The notes: generated by a model not told the origin, from the sequence alone. A stretch of 64,000 bases of DNA from Paraphysomonas bandaiensis (GCA_965644295.1 CBFFRP010000002.1:62001-126000), one strand, 5' to 3'. Positions 25,101-39,320 are shown, counted from the first letter of the stretch. Translations and numbers: made by a program.

Positions 25101-26071
25101 GCAAAGGAGCGAATTTGAAGCTCGGAGTTGTCAATTTCTTGTTTCCCATTGCTGTTGTTGTAGCTATTGGACTTCTAATGATCACCAATGAATTGGTTAA
25201 TATATACGACTGGGGATTCTTGGAGGCAATGTACTGTACAAGAGATATCCGAGAAGTTGTTAATAAATGCATTTTTGACAAATCATTTCTAAGAAAAGTG
25301 GAATCAAACGACAAATCGGCACTGCAATGGGCGACCAGCATTACAAGGGATCAGTACTTGTCATTCGCGATGAAGAACTATTCAAGTGACAAAGTGCTCG
25401 ATATATCGTTCATACTTTCTTCTTGGTGGAAATCGCCAAATGTGCGCGAGATGTTTCTTGGTCCTTTGAAAAAGCATTATTTAGCTACAGACATTCGAGC
25501 ACTATTTTTTCTACGCTGGAGCGTTAAAAAACTAGAACATGAACTGAAATTCCTGACATGTCAAGCCCCCAATAATCGTCGACTTATTTTACTAAAAAGT
25601 CGATCGTCAAAGCATATGTATCATCACAGTGCCAACGATGACGCAAGTGATGTTCGAAACAAACTGGAAAACGAAGAGTATGGACGAGTAGGCTTTCAAG
25701 TGGAAGACAGCGAGAATTGCTATGGTTTTGAAGGGGTACGACAAAAATCACTTACAGAGAAACGGATTAAACTTTACCTTTTGGACCAAGCGCTACTACT
25801 GAGGCGTGCCATTGGCGAAGTTATCCGCATCAGCAACTCAAAGACTGTGAAAACTCACACTTCTGAATCATCACTTGCGTCGATACTATCTCGCGCGTAC
25901 GACTCACCTAAAGCGTTCCGCTCATTTACATCTGTGCTGGAAACTGCAGAATCTACGGAGTCTAAATGTGAAATCAAGTCGGCATCATCAAGTGATAACA
26001 TATTTTCGAGGAGTCCTACTAACGAGACCTCGCCGCCTGGATGTTCGGATGATATGTATAGTATTTTATAA
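19136..26071 (+). CDS. Ionotropic glutamate receptor-like (GLR-type) channel, copy A, no ATD (exons 19136-19475, 19548-19595, 23979-24236, 24285-26071)
   Basis: Signal peptide; S1 VVHDPPF...GLIIDHIQLISSHAGFTYEL, R...ILFTTPF; M1 IFKPFTKEMW; M3 gate GYTANLAAIL (cf. SYTANLAAF); S2; M4. All junctions GT-AG and phase-compatible. Confidence 0.88.
19615..23975 (+). repeat. 21-bp minisatellite (TATACCTGGTTATGTTATATC variants) filling intron 2 of iGluR-like copy A
   Basis: Direct reading; a 1337-bp higher-order duplication is visible (identical ORF starts at 20727/22064, 20788/22125, 20954/22291). Confidence 0.97.
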
Positions 26072-27079
26072 GTAATATGTGTGTTGTTTCGCAAATGCTG
26101 TGAAGCTTATTATATATTCCTGAGGTTATGATTCAACCTTATCAATGTGGTTGATATGGTACGACGCTATAAATCATGGGATTGGCCTCGGTAAAATAAT
26201 AACTTATTCACACCAGTTTGGTTTTAGCTTAAAAAGGTATTCACAAAATATTTGGGTATAGCTATGCTTTGAAGAACAATATGAGCCATAGCATACCTTA
26301 AATTAGACAGCAAGTAGGTAACTTGAAGCAATTAAACCCTGCATGTTAAAGTTTTGGTGTTTTACGTGGTGCGCAGCGATCCTACACTATGGCCACACGG
26401 TAGGAAGCACCAAGGTGCAGCAACCTCCGCTCTTTAACTCTATCACTCAAAGCAGAATCTTGAGATATACCTGACATTTGCTGACTTAAGATTTTTGAGT
26501 CCTGAACTATAGCAATGTTATCCTGCTATATAGACACTATCGTTGATGTCTCCAAATATTTCGAATCATCAGCTGGAAGTATGCATTTAACTTGCTTCTT
26601 TATTTCCAGGCTTCAGGAAACCTTGACAATGAAAGCAAAAGACAGTCGCTTGCACATTACAAATCCAGTGAATATAATAAACTCTAAGTGAATAAACTTT
26701 ATATTAGAGATTAATTCTTGAGAATAATTTAATATTAATAGAAACTATATGCAACTTTATAAGCTATATATGAATGTGGGATTGACTGATGAACATGAAC
26801 AGAAGTCACAAGGAGATCAGAGGAGGTTATATAGTTATATTTAACCACAGACATTATAAGAAGGAGGCTATATCGTTCCGCGCTCAAAATTTTGAAACGA
26901 GGGCGAAAAGCCAGAGTTTTAAAATTTAGACAAGGGACGATACTCCTTATTCCTAGGTTACATTATTGTAGCATATCCTCATAAAATGATGTTGGAAACT
27001 TTATATTAGATTGTATAGCTATTATAGCAGCTTGCTTTCTGTAATAAGAAATAGGTGTTTCCTGATTAATTTATTTAAC

Positions 27080-27459
27080 GCTACGAAAGCTGCTTGTGCG
27101 TCGCCGCAAGCACCAAGGTGCGACCACTTCCGCTCTGAGTTCTTAAAGTGAACATCCCGGATGCTTTACTTCAGCAGGCAGCCCAATACCCCGGTTACCC
27201 TTCAGGTGGGCCCTGTCCCGGATGCCCTTGAGGTGGGCCCATTCCCGGATGCCTGTTTATTCGTCAGGGCCCAAAGACGTCTACATAAGTAACACTTAGT
27301 GGTGTCCCTTGTACCACACAAGCATTCGACTATGATTGGGCAGAAGAATATCTGCTGACTATGTTTGCGGCTCACGTTAGCTTCCCAGAGAAAATCTCTC
27401 CGGTACTTATCCCCCAGAATACCACGAAAAGGTGCGAGTCCGACTTTGTTGAGGGGGAA
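27080..27459 (-). mobile_element. Dispersed ~380-bp repeat, copy 1 (probable retroelement relic)
   Basis: Inverted homolog of 42314-42691 (shared CTCAACAAAGTCGGACTCGCACCTTTTCGTGGT, GACGAATAAACAGGCATCCGGGAATG, CCCACCTCAAGGGCATCCGGG); a third short fragment at ~26404-26432. Confidence 0.7.
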
Positions 27460-28456
27460 TGGCAACTGCGAGGTATATTGAATTCGTACATAAGTATGAT
27501 GATGAATGTGAGGAGTGGTAGTCGCGCGAAAGGCATTGCCTTATTAATTAGCATCATCATCGCATTTTTATACAATATACAATGCGCTTAACCTCCTCTC
27601 CTAGTGCACCTGATTGAATGATGTGTGTATGATATGAGGTACACAATATCATCATAAGCACAATGCGACCCAAACCCTGAAAGAACTGGATGCTACTGTC
27701 CTTAGCCACCTATACAGCATCAGATATGGCACTTAAACTCTCCTGAAACATTCTTGAAGTTGTTTCGAAGTCCTGGTTCTGAAGATAGATCACTTGCAGG
27801 CCTCATTACAAATATTCTACAACGGACGAAAAGGATGGAATATAACTTGGAGTGCTATATGACCTGCTTTGGATAGTTTGCTCATGATTGTGATTTCTCT
27901 ATAATTGTGTACTGTAATAATGTGATCACGTACATATGACTGTCAATATCATTATAGAGGTAGAAGTGAGCTTCTGCTGAACCGAATATTGAAGTTGAAT
28001 GTCTATGTCTATATTTGCCCGATGCTGATATGAGCGCCCTGTTGAGACAAAATCAGGTTTAAAAAAAGGTTTCTTTGAGACAAAATGGGGATATGAATAT
28101 TTCGTCAAGTGTTTAGATTAGTATAAACTATAGTTCTTCCTTGGAAGTACACTTTGTGCAACAGAGGAAAATAACGTTCAGGTGTAGAGCAAGCTTAAAT
28201 TAATGGAAGTACCCAATTCCAAAACAATTCATTATAATAGATGGTTACTGATACTGGAAAGTTGTATGGTCTATTGTCTATCGAAAATCCGCGTGCTGAG
28301 CTAGCAGTAAACAGCGACTACTTCTTTTTCTTATTAATACGAATATCAACTAACTTGAAGAAGTAACGTACAAATCCACCGGCAGTATCTCATGATGCTG
28401 GAAATCATAACAAGCATTACTGTACCGATTATATCATACGACCATGGATGTATACT

Positions 28457-31400
28457 CTACTTTTTCTCCAGAGCGGCGGAAGGTACAAAAGAAGGTATGC
28501 CAGTGATGGCTCTGCCAATAATTAGAGCATGTACATCATGAGTTCCTTCGTAAGTATTGACCGCCTCTAGATTCATCATGTGCCGTATAATGTGGTACTC
28601 ATCGGATATCCCATTTCCACCCAGCATATCTCTGCTTTGCCTGGCAATGTCGATGGCCTTACCACAAGAGTTCCTCTTCACTATTGATATCATATCAGGA
28701 CTGTATGACCCAGACTCCATGAGTCTCCCCACTCTAAGGCATCCCTGTAAACCAAGTGAAATTTCCACACACATGTCTGCTAACTTCTTTTGAATGAGCT
28801 GGTTGGCAGCAAGAGGGGCTCCAAATTGTTTACGGCTCAGAACGTACTCTCTTGCGATAGAGTAGCAGGAGTTGGCGGCTCCAAGGGCTCCCCAAGAGAT
28901 TCCATATCTAGCGCTATTGAGGCAACTAAAAGGTCCCTTGAGTCCTTTTACTTTAGGCAGCATGGCACTACCCGGTACCTGAATTTCCAATTGCGTCACA
29001 ATACACTTATTAAAAAACCACTGATGAGTGGTCTCATAGGGAATTGATAATACATAACGGACACCATTACATTAAGTCACTTTCAAGTGACAGGAGCATG
29101 TATGTAATACCTTCACATCTTCCATGAATATCATTCCCGTGGTAGAGGCCCGTAAAGAACACTTTCCGTGAATCACCGGAGCACTGAGGCCTGCCATACC
29201 CTTTTCCAGAATGAACCCTCTAATGTCGCCCTCATCATCCTATTATACTTCAGTTACCAATGTTTCATAACATCCAATGACACACCTTGGCCCACACAAC
29301 AAATACGTCTGCCACAGGTGAGTTAGTTATCCAGTTTTTGGAACCGTTGAGGACATAGCTGCCATCTGCCTGTTTTCTGGCCCGAGTTTCCATCCCACCG
29401 GGATCTGAACCATGGTTGGGCTCAGTGAGACCAAAGCAGCCAATCAGATTCCCTTTGGCTAGTTCGGGGAGGTATTTGTTCTTTTGCTCCTCGCTACCAA
29501 AGGTGTAGATGGGGTGCATGACCAAAGAGCTCTGCACGGACATAGCGGAGCGGTATCCACTATCGGCACTCTCGATAGCATTAGCAATGAGTCCATATGA
29601 AACATATCCCACGCCAGCACAGCCATAGCCCTGAATAGTAGCCCCCAATAAACCCAACTCTCCCATTTCTTTCATGATAGAAGTGTCAAAGGATTCCTCC
29701 CTACTGGCCTTGGTCACTCGTGGAATTAATCGCTCATTAGCATACGCCATAGCGGACTCCTGCACAAAAAAACATATCACTATACACTCATATCTCTATA
29801 CACTCATATCTCTATACACTCATATCTCCATACACTCATATCTCTATACACTCATATCTCTATACACTCATATCTCTATACACTCATATCTCTATACACT
29901 CATATCTCTATACACTCATATCTCTATACACTCATATCTCCATACACTCATATCTCTATACACTCATATCTCTATACACTCATATCTCTATACACTCATA
30001 TCTCCATACACTCATATCTCCATACACTCATATCTCTATACACTCATATCTCTATACACTCATATCTCCATACACTCATATCTCTATACACTCATATCTC
30101 TATACACTCATATCTCTATACACTCATATCTCTATACACTCATATCTCCATACACTCATATCTCTATACACTCATATCTCTATACACTCATATCTCTATA
30201 CACTCATATCTCTATACACTCATATCTCTATACACTCATATCTCTATACACTCATATCTCTATACACTCATATCTCCATACACTCATATCTCTATACACT
30301 CATATCTCTATACACTCATATCTCTATACACTCATATCTCTATACACTCATATCTCCATACACTCATATCTCCATACACTCATATCTCTATACACTCATA
30401 TCTCCATACACTCATATCTCTATACACTCATATCTCTATACACTCATATCTCTATACACTCATATCTCTATACACTCATATCTCTATACACTCATATCTC
30501 CATACACTCATATCTCCATACACTCATATCTCTACACACTCATATCTCTATACACTCATATCTCTACACACTCATATCTCTATACACTCATATCTCCATA
30601 CACTCATATCTCTATACACTCATATCTCCATACACTCATATCTCCATACACTCATATCTCCATACACTCATATCTCCATACACTCATATCTCTATACACT
30701 CATATCTCTATACACTCATATCTCTATACACTCATATCTCTATACACTCATATCTCTATACACTCATATCTCTACACACTCATATCTCCATACACTCATA
30801 TCTCCATACACTCATATCTCCATACACTCATATCTCTACACACTCATATCTCTATACACTCATATCTCTACACACTCATATCTCTATACACTCATATCTC
30901 CATACACTCATATCTCTATACACTCATATCTCCATACACTCATATCTCCATACACTCACATCTCTATACACTCATATCTCCATACACTCATATCTCCATA
31001 CACTCATATCTCCATACACTCATATCTCTATACACTCATATCTCTATACACTCATATCTCTATACACTCATATCTCTATACACTCATATCTCTATACACT
31101 CATATCTCTATACACTCATATCTCCATACACTCATATCTCTATACACTCATATCTCCATACACTCATATCTCCATACACTCATATCTCTATACACTCATA
31201 TCTCCATACACTCATATCTCTATACACTCATATCTCTATACACTCATATCTCTATACACTCATATCTCTATACACTCATATCTCTATACACTCATATCTC
31301 TATACACTCATATCTCTATACACTCATATCTCTATACACTCATATCTCTATACACTCATATCTCTATACACTCATATCTCTACACACTCATATCTCTATA

Positions 31401-32393
31401 CACTCATATCTCTATACACTCATATCTCCATACACTCATATCTATATACACTCATATCTCCATACACTCATATCTCCATACACTCATATCTCTATACACT
31501 CATATCTCTATACACTCATATCTCTATACACTCATATCTCTATACACTCATATCTCCATACACTCATATCTCCATACACTCATATCTCCATACACTCATA
31601 TCTCTATACACTCATATCTCTATACACTCATATCTCCATACACTCATATCTATATACACTCATATCTCCATACACTCATATCTCTATACACTCATATCTC
31701 CATACACTCATATCTCTATACACTCATATCTCTATACACTCATATCTCTATACACTCATATCTCTATACACTCATATCTCTATACACTCATATCTCCATA
31801 CACTCATATCTATATACACTCATATCTCTATACACTCATATCTCCATACACTCATATCTCTATACACTCATATCTCCATACACTCATATCTCTATACACT
31901 CATATCTCCATACACTCATATCTCTATACACTCATATCTCTATACACTCATATCTCTATACACTCATATCTCGATACACTCATATCTCGATACACTCATA
32001 TCTCCATACACTCATATCTCTATACACTCATATCTCTATACACTCATATCTCTATACACTCATATCTCCATACACTCATATCTCTATACACTCATATCTC
32101 TATACACTCATATCTCTATACACTCATATCTCCATACACTCATATCTCTATACACTCATATCTCTATACACTCATATCTCGATACACTCATATCTCCATA
32201 CATACATGGATCATCTTCTCATCATCTGTGAGCTGGTCGCGGAGTAGGAGAGGGTCTGTATGATCGTTAGGACTGCTATGTATGTATGTATATGTATGTT
32301 ACCATTCCACGATAGTTTAGTTAATGTAGCAAACGAATGACATGTGGATGCCTTCTGAGACATTCGGCGGGTGAGTGAGATAACTCTCATCAT
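28457..32393 (-). CDS. GCDH: Glutaryl-CoA dehydrogenase, mitochondrial (exons 32393-32303, 32255-32206, 29759-29286, 29239-29111, 28978-28457)
   Basis: Transit-peptide-like N-terminus, [81 protein letters not shown]. Confidence 0.95.
29781..32198 (+). repeat. 16-bp minisatellite (TACACTCATATCTCYA, ~150 units) filling GCDH intron 2
   Basis: Direct reading; very homogeneous, mainly one T/C variable site. Confidence 0.98.
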
Positions 32394-32580
32394 GTTTAGA
32401 TATAGATAATTGTTATATAAGTGTTTATGGGTAGGTTGCTATATAGTGTGTATGTATATGCAGACTGAGAGGAGCTGAGAGGCATGTAGACGACTGTACC
32501 ACACACAACACACACACACACACAGCAGCTACATATGAGATCACCCCACACTCCAACTGTAGAATCTGACGTATATAGAG

Positions 32581-32742
32581 GTATGTATGTATGTATGTAT
32601 GTATGTATGTATGTATGTATGTATGTATGTATGTATGTATGTATGTATGTATGTATGTATGTATGTATGTATGTATGTATGTATGTATGTATGTATGTAT
32701 GTATGTATGTATGTATGTATGTATGTATGTATGTATGTATGT
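32581..32742 (-). repeat. (TATG)n microsatellite
   Basis: Direct reading; lies between divergent genes. Confidence 0.99.
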
Positions 32743-32944
32743 AGCTATGTGGGTTTGTATGTAACGTATGTGTTTTTCTTATATGGAGGTATGACTATGT
32801 ATGTATGTATATGTAGGTGTGTAGAGGTGTGGCATATGCATATATCTCCAACACTCTCAATCTCAATCATCTTATTTATTCAACCTCTCATCTCATCTTC
32901 AAATTCCTTCTTATCTTCTCTTACATCCCTCTCTATACACACAC

Positions 32945-33964
32945 ATGTCTCAAACATTCCATACAGATCTACCAGATACATCCACCTCCCCTTTATCACG
33001 TCATACATTATCATCTACAACTATTCACACACGTTTACCTGCATCTGTTAATCTTGTTGCATTACGTGAATCATTTTTATCAGAAGCACCATTTGTATCA
33101 TCATCTAATCGTATGTTTTGGCGTCGTATGGTGGATGGGGCATGCTTTCAGCATCTCTTATCCGCATCGTATCATATTATATCAGACTGTGTCTCAGATA
33201 ACAGTGTAGTTGATTTAGATAAATTAAATGACATTAAAAATATGCCATTAATACATAAAATGTCATCTAATCTTGCTGAAATGTATTATTCCATTAAATT
33301 AAGAGAAAGGGAACTATTTTTTACTCGTCTACCTGAAGTACTTGCTTATATGGTGGTCAGTGCAATGCGGACATCTATTCCAAAGCATCATCGTCTCTGT
33401 CAAGCTGCTAGATTTCGTGAGATTTTACTGGACTGGTTTTGTGAAGTACTTGGTGGTTTGCGGTTTACGAATGTGCGTACTAATAGGGAATGGTTCTTCA
33501 CTGACGTCTTCGATGCCCCTATCCTGACCTCCTCTCAAAATAGCAACCCCTTGTCTACTTCATCCAACATGACAGCTTCTAGTGGCGGTATAGCGGTGTC
33601 AAAACATAAACTGGCTCTGAGTCCACTGATAAATATGTACACCGGTGATAGTAAGGCTCGCGTTGCCGAGTTAGCGGTGGACCTCTCTCTGTCACACTCA
33701 TGTAACCGGTCTCTGACAGCCCTCCCTCTGGATACAAACACAGTGCCAGGCCGAGTACGCCAAAAGACCGTAGATTATTCGCAGGTTAAAACTCTTTTGA
33801 AAAAGTCCAGGGAGACTAGACGCAAGATTGCGGCAGACCATAAGAACTCTATCAACTTAACACAGAAAGGGCTGCGCAAGGACAAGCTGATGCTGAAGAA
33901 GAATATGACTGCACTTAATAGAACTTCGGCCGAGAATATACTAGCCACCCATGCCCTGAATTGA
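32945..33964 (+). CDS. Conserved hypothetical protein, FAM227-like (339 aa)
   Basis: Intact ORF; RELFFTRLPEVLAYMVVSAMRTSIP...FREILLDWFCEVLGGLR resembles the FAM227 core (KD.FF..YP..LAQ.....F...FP....F...F...L......SG) from recollection only. Confidence 0.55.
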   Translation: MSQTFHTDLPDTSTSPLSRHTLSSTTIHTRLPASVNLVALRESFLSEAPFVSSSNRMFWRRMVDGACFQHLLSASYHIISDCVSDNSVVDLDKLNDIKNMPLIHKMSSNLAEMYYSIKLRERELFFTRLPEVLAYMVVSAMRTSIPKHHRLCQAARFREILLDWFCEVLGGLRFTNVRTNREWFFTDVFDAPILTSSQNSNPLSTSSNMTASSGGIAVSKHKLALSPLINMYTGDSKARVAELAVDLSLSHSCNRSLTALPLDTNTVPGRVRQKTVDYSQVKTLLKKSRETRRKIAADHKNSINLTQKGLRKDKLMLKKNMTALNRTSAENILATHALN

Positions 33965-35169
33965 ACATTATGTATCGGAAATATTTTGTACTATGAAAAT
34001 ATAGAGTGCGTGGTATGAATAGTTTGTTGTTTTTGAAAAAAACTGTATGAGTGGAGTAGAAGTATATCATCCTTCATCACAGCGTCTGTGTATGTAGTTA
34101 GAGAAGATGTGACATGAATATATCCGTGTATAAAATAAGTAATGTTATCTATATTCCATAAACAAGATTACTTTTTTGTGATACCAAGATATCTAATCCT
34201 ACAGCCCTGATTTAATCTTCATGGGCTGTATCGTGAGAAGAAGAACAGTTGAGGCTGCGCTTAAAGAAGAAATAACCTCTGGGATGAAATAACAGTTGAG
34301 CAAGCTATGTTGGCAACTAATGTATAGATGTATAGGTACTTGATTACGTAGTTTATTATCAATTAAATTTACCACCCCGAGATGTTTTCTAAAACTCTCG
34401 AACGAAAGCACTAGACGGGACATCCAATAGGCTGCGCCTACTTTCATAACACATAATAAGATAGTCTGATACTTTCTTTCTTTAATATTTTCGACCGCGC
34501 ATATTGTTAAGATACAGATTAAAGTGCAATAAAATGTGGTGGTGCTATTGGTACCATGATAAATCTTGACGATAAATACGTAATATGTATACCCTTTTCA
34601 ATCTTTGAGACAATAAGATAACCTTCATATGTCAATATATTTTTGACATAGTTTACAAATTTATTATTACCATTAATTATGCAATTATCAAGATCACAAA
34701 CACCGTAAACATACAATTCAGATATTATCACACATATCCACTATAACCCAACCATCCCACTGCTCCAAGAAGTGAAACCAGGACAGCTATTACAAACATT
34801 TAGTTATTCTCGGTAGAAAAGTTGGTATAGTGTACAGTCTTTACAAGACTGTCTGCAAATATAACCCCGGGTTGCAGAACGGTAGAAGCAACAATCATCC
34901 CAAGACACCACTATCGAAATGCAACGGGCCTATAAACCAGGACGTCAACCACTTAATTCATAAACTATTCCAGCAATAGTGTCGAATTGACAATATATAA
35001 TACCAAGCAAACGGCAAGGATAGATACTCATGAATACTTCCGCAGCATACTTATATACATACAGCTGTACGATAATGCAAGTTCACGCAATTGTATAGAG
35101 TCACCTCCACCAAGTAGTTATAATATTGAATGGGGATTATAGTTATCACATCATACTTTGAGTAGCAAT

Positions 35170-38100
35170 ACCTGGATGTGGTGTGTTTACGAGTCTGAGG
35201 CGAGGCACCACGAGCTGACGATGATGTAGTTGCCGAATACAACCTTGAGGACGAACGGCCTAAATGTACAAATATCCCATTAGTGAACTACATAGGAAAT
35301 TATTAGGGTAAACACACCTGCAGACTGGGTTCTTGCAGTCCTATCGGTACTAGTATCACGCATGGTCTGACTGGTAACCGGTAGATGCCTTCGTTCCTGA
35401 CTGGCTTTTCTTTTCTTGCATGACAACAGATGGGAGGAGAGGTTGTGTTTTGTGCTGGGACGACCGCAAAAAGGACACACTGACCTCGGCTCGCCAGACC
35501 CACCAAAGACGTCTTTCACAGGAGACTGAGCTTGGTTGGGACGTGAAGGTCGTGTCGAAGGGTGCTCTTCGAATACCACACATCGACGCATATGCGACAA
35601 CAGCTCCTCTCTGCTCTGTATACAGAGGTTAACCACATCAGTTCACTCGTATTTAGAGCATGAAGTCGCAGCATATTGACCGCCATGAACAAAAACATAT
35701 CCATATTCTAGTACATACAACATACTGACTGAACAGTACATATACCTTGAGATCACCCTTGTGGCAGCAGGGACAGATGAAATTATCTCCTGAGAGAGCC
35801 TTGTTAGTATCTGGGGAAATATTGGGTGGTACACCACGACTCGATCGAGCTGAAAACAATGTTAGAGTAGAGCAGCAGGCTAACAGAGGAATTAAAGCGC
35901 AAAAAACACAATGCCGTAACTACACTACGCCATAGAAGCTATAAGTGCTCTGAATACCTTGTGGTGTAGACATTGGTCGAGTTCTGTTGACAGTCGTGGC
36001 GCTGCTAGAGCTCTTTCCACTCCTCACGCTACCATCCTCTTCTTGGGATTGAGTATCTCGAGTATCCGCCTTAGGAGTTTTACGTCCTCCACTACCCAGG
36101 AGTATAGCACGGCTCTCATACATATCAACATATGATCTGGTGCTTGTGTTCGATACAGTAGAAGTGACAGGGACCTTCATTTGATCATACGTGTTAGTCA
36201 TGAACAAAGGCAAAACCCCATACAGGCACTAATATTATCGGTATGTTGTGACTAGGTTTTCACATATATATACACAGTAATTACTAAGCAGATCACTGAC
36301 CGGAAGGGGAGCTGACAACTCTGACTCAGGACCAGTGTTTTTTCTAGATGGCTCTGGAGTATCTATGGATGACAGGGGGACCTTCGTTTGAGTTTATGAG
36401 TTAGGTACGGGTAAAGAGACTACACAGTTCATATCTCAATTGCACAACGAATTAGGATATCATAGATGTGCGTTCAGTAAACCAGGAGTCATAAGACAAA
36501 GTAACACCGTCACCACAATTCAATTGAACATACCGAAGCGGGATTCAATGAGTCTGACTCTGGACCAGATGGCGCCGGACTAGACTGCAGTTGGGCGGTA
36601 GTAGATGATGACTCTAATCTGAGGGGGGTCAATTCGCTGGAAGATGGGAGAGGGTCTAGAGTTTAATGGTAGTCATACAAAATCAATATAATATATATGT
36701 ACGTCAAAACCCACCTGCTATTGGTACTGCAGTAGTTACGACAGAGGAAAGAATTTTTACGATCTCCACCAGCTTTTCCACCCCGTGTTCTGCAACACAC
36801 TACGCATATTTTACGACACACACAAACCACATAGCAGGACATGAATATCAGACTACAGCCTACCTGCATCGCGTGACTGCGCAATAATTCACTCCGTTGG
36901 CTACTACCGCAAATGGGACAATAAGTTTGCTCTTCCCGTTCGTTAACCTTTTCCATGTAATCCAACGACGAATTATCGTCAGAGAAAAGACTAACCCCTC
37001 GTGTGTTGTGTAATATTTTGCTTGTGTCCTCTCGAAGCGAGTCTAGTCGAGAGGTTGTATGGCATTGTCTTCTGATATCACTGACAGGAGTGACTTGGGA
37101 ATTGTTGTTAGAACCACAGCCAAGCCCGCCTATAGTACCAGCTTCAGCATGTTTGAAGGCCACCCCTGGGGATGCTGTGTGAGCATGAGGAACAGTTGGG
37201 GGTCTCATGGGGGTACTCATGTGAGACAGTGGCGAATATATAGATCTCGAAGGACTGCCACTCTTTACACCTCGTGAAGGACTGCCAGACTTTGCTTCTG
37301 AGCTTCCTGATTTAACACTAGACCTTGAAGGGCTGCCGGATTTTGCACCTGACCTTGATGGACTATCACTCTTTACACCTCGTGAAGGACTGCCAGACTT
37401 TGCTTCTGAGCTACCTGATTTAACACTAGACCTTGAAGGGCTGCCGGATTTTGCACCTGACCTTGATGGACTATCACTCTTTACACCTCGTGAAGGGCTA
37501 TCAGACTTTCCTCCTGAATTACCCGATTTCACTGATCTTGAAGGACTGTCACTCTTTATACCTCGTGAAGGGCTGTCAGACTTTACTCCTGAACTATCCG
37601 ACTTCGCGGATCTTGACGCGTCGTCTGACTTAACACCTGCTATAGCAGGGCTTCCAGACTTCCCTTCGGCAGCGGCAAAGCTTTTGGACTTGTTTTGACC
37701 TCCACCTTCAGAATTTGCTTCTGGTTGAGTCGGGGCAAATATTCTGACTGAGTGGTCGCCGGAGTGAACGTATACCGCATTGTCCGGTAACCTACAGCAA
37801 TGATCTTAAGTCAGCAAGAAGATAATATCCTTTACATATTGGACTACAGTGCGTACGTACAAGTGGTCCAAACGTGTCTACACAAGAAAAGTAAAGTATA
37901 ATATAGCTGATGATCTTACTTCCATGATGATGCTCGAGTTCTCCTGTTATAGTAGTATGTCTTCCCCTGTGGTGTCCTGGCTTCCTTCCATTCATCCCCG
38001 TGCACCTGTTGTTGTTGTTGTTTACGTGTGTCATATGCTGATGGCGGCTCTGGAAGTAGAGTAGGCTTAGAGGAAGGTGTTGATGATAATATGGCAGTAG

Positions 38101-39106
38101 ATGTATCATTTTTATCTCTCTCACTAGCTGAGAGGTTTGTATTTTCACAGTTCGTGAGAGCATCTATGAATGAGTCTTCTCTGTTTTCTTGCCCATGCAT
38201 CTGCAACTGGGCAGCAAAGGCACTACTTGACCGCTCTGTCGTCGGACTGACATCAATACTCTCCGCAGTGCCTACAGGAGTGCTGGGAAGGTGCTTCTTG
38301 AGCTGAGACGTTACTTCAGAATTTCGAATAACTTCACTCTCAGGAGAAATCTCTGTCTGTTGTGGCCTATCGATGCTCTTCGTGGCCTTCTCCGGGGTCA
38401 CAGGAGGACCGTCCTTAGCATTGGTTTTCTCGTCGTCATAGGAATGGTCAAAGCCAGCGTAGGAGGCTGACATATATACTCCAGAGTCGTCTTTGCATCG
38501 GGATATCACGGAGAGTTCGCCCTCAACTGAGGCCCCAAAATTAAGAGTTCGAATCACACTTCCGTATCCTTCACAAGCATCTGATGTATTGATATCCACA
38601 TCATCCTCATTATCGCTCTCAGGCGATACTGAAGACTTGCTCTTGCATCCCCTCACTCTAGTAGGAGTGTCCATGTTGACTCCATCACAGTCCTGATTGC
38701 CTTTATAGTCAATAACTACACTCTCCTCAATACTCTTCTCATGTTGTGGAGATGGTCGCAAGAAAGATCCCTCCCACATTGTATCAGATACTCTAGAATC
38801 ATTTAAAGATTGTATTCCTTTACTTAATGAGAAACCATCTTGATCTCTCATCTTATATTTCGGTGTAGATGCATCAAATATGGCAATAGCCGGATCAGTT
38901 AATGCTAATGAATCATATGCACCATATGTTGATTCTATCGCTAAATCCGTTACATTTTGATTCTCTTTACCATAACTATAATAGATTAGAATGAATATTA
39001 TATGATTCTATACATACCTTGATGAGATATGCTGCTTATGGGGTGTTGGATGCTTCTTACGATGTAATAAGGCTAAACTCTGTTTCCAATTGTCTCCATT
39101 ATCCAT
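35170..39106 (-). CDS. Multi-exon low-complexity protein with WW domain, KSGSPSR repeats and C2HC-like zinc fingers; 3' end uncertain
   Basis: WW: DEWKEARTPQGKTYYYNRRTRASSWK; CPICG...LLRSH, CPCCHKG, CPFCG...LSSHLLSC; consecutive minus-strand exons with GT-AG borders. Confidence 0.7.
37246..37630 (-). repeat. Coding tandem repeat (~111-bp unit; KSGSPSR/KSDSPSR)
   Basis: CTCTTTACACCTCGTGAAGG recurs at ~111-bp spacing. Confidence 0.85.
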
Positions 39107-39320
39107 TAGATGATATAAGATGATAGGAAATGATGGATATATGAGGTAATTATAGTGATAGAGTTGAATAGAGTGTGTATGTGTTGAATAGAGTGGTGTG
39201 ATAGATACACATACATGTATATACATACACACTTAACCACATCAAACCATTTCAAATCCACCCCAACATTCAAACCATGTATACACCTCTATACACCGTA
39301 TACTACCAGTGGATGGGTGT

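Noticed and set aside
27431-27441. GGTGCGAGTCC as a Pol III B-box (tRNA/SINE)
   Set aside because: Mismatch in the GTTC core, no A-box or cloverleaf; G-U-compatible changes point to structure on the opposite strand.
29674-32247. 857-aa [19 protein letters not shown]
   Set aside because: Antisense reading of the 16-bp minisatellite in GCDH intron 2.
34199-35000. Possible extra small spliced gene on the minus strand
   Set aside because: Only short frames without recognisable motifs; no consistent exon chain could be built.
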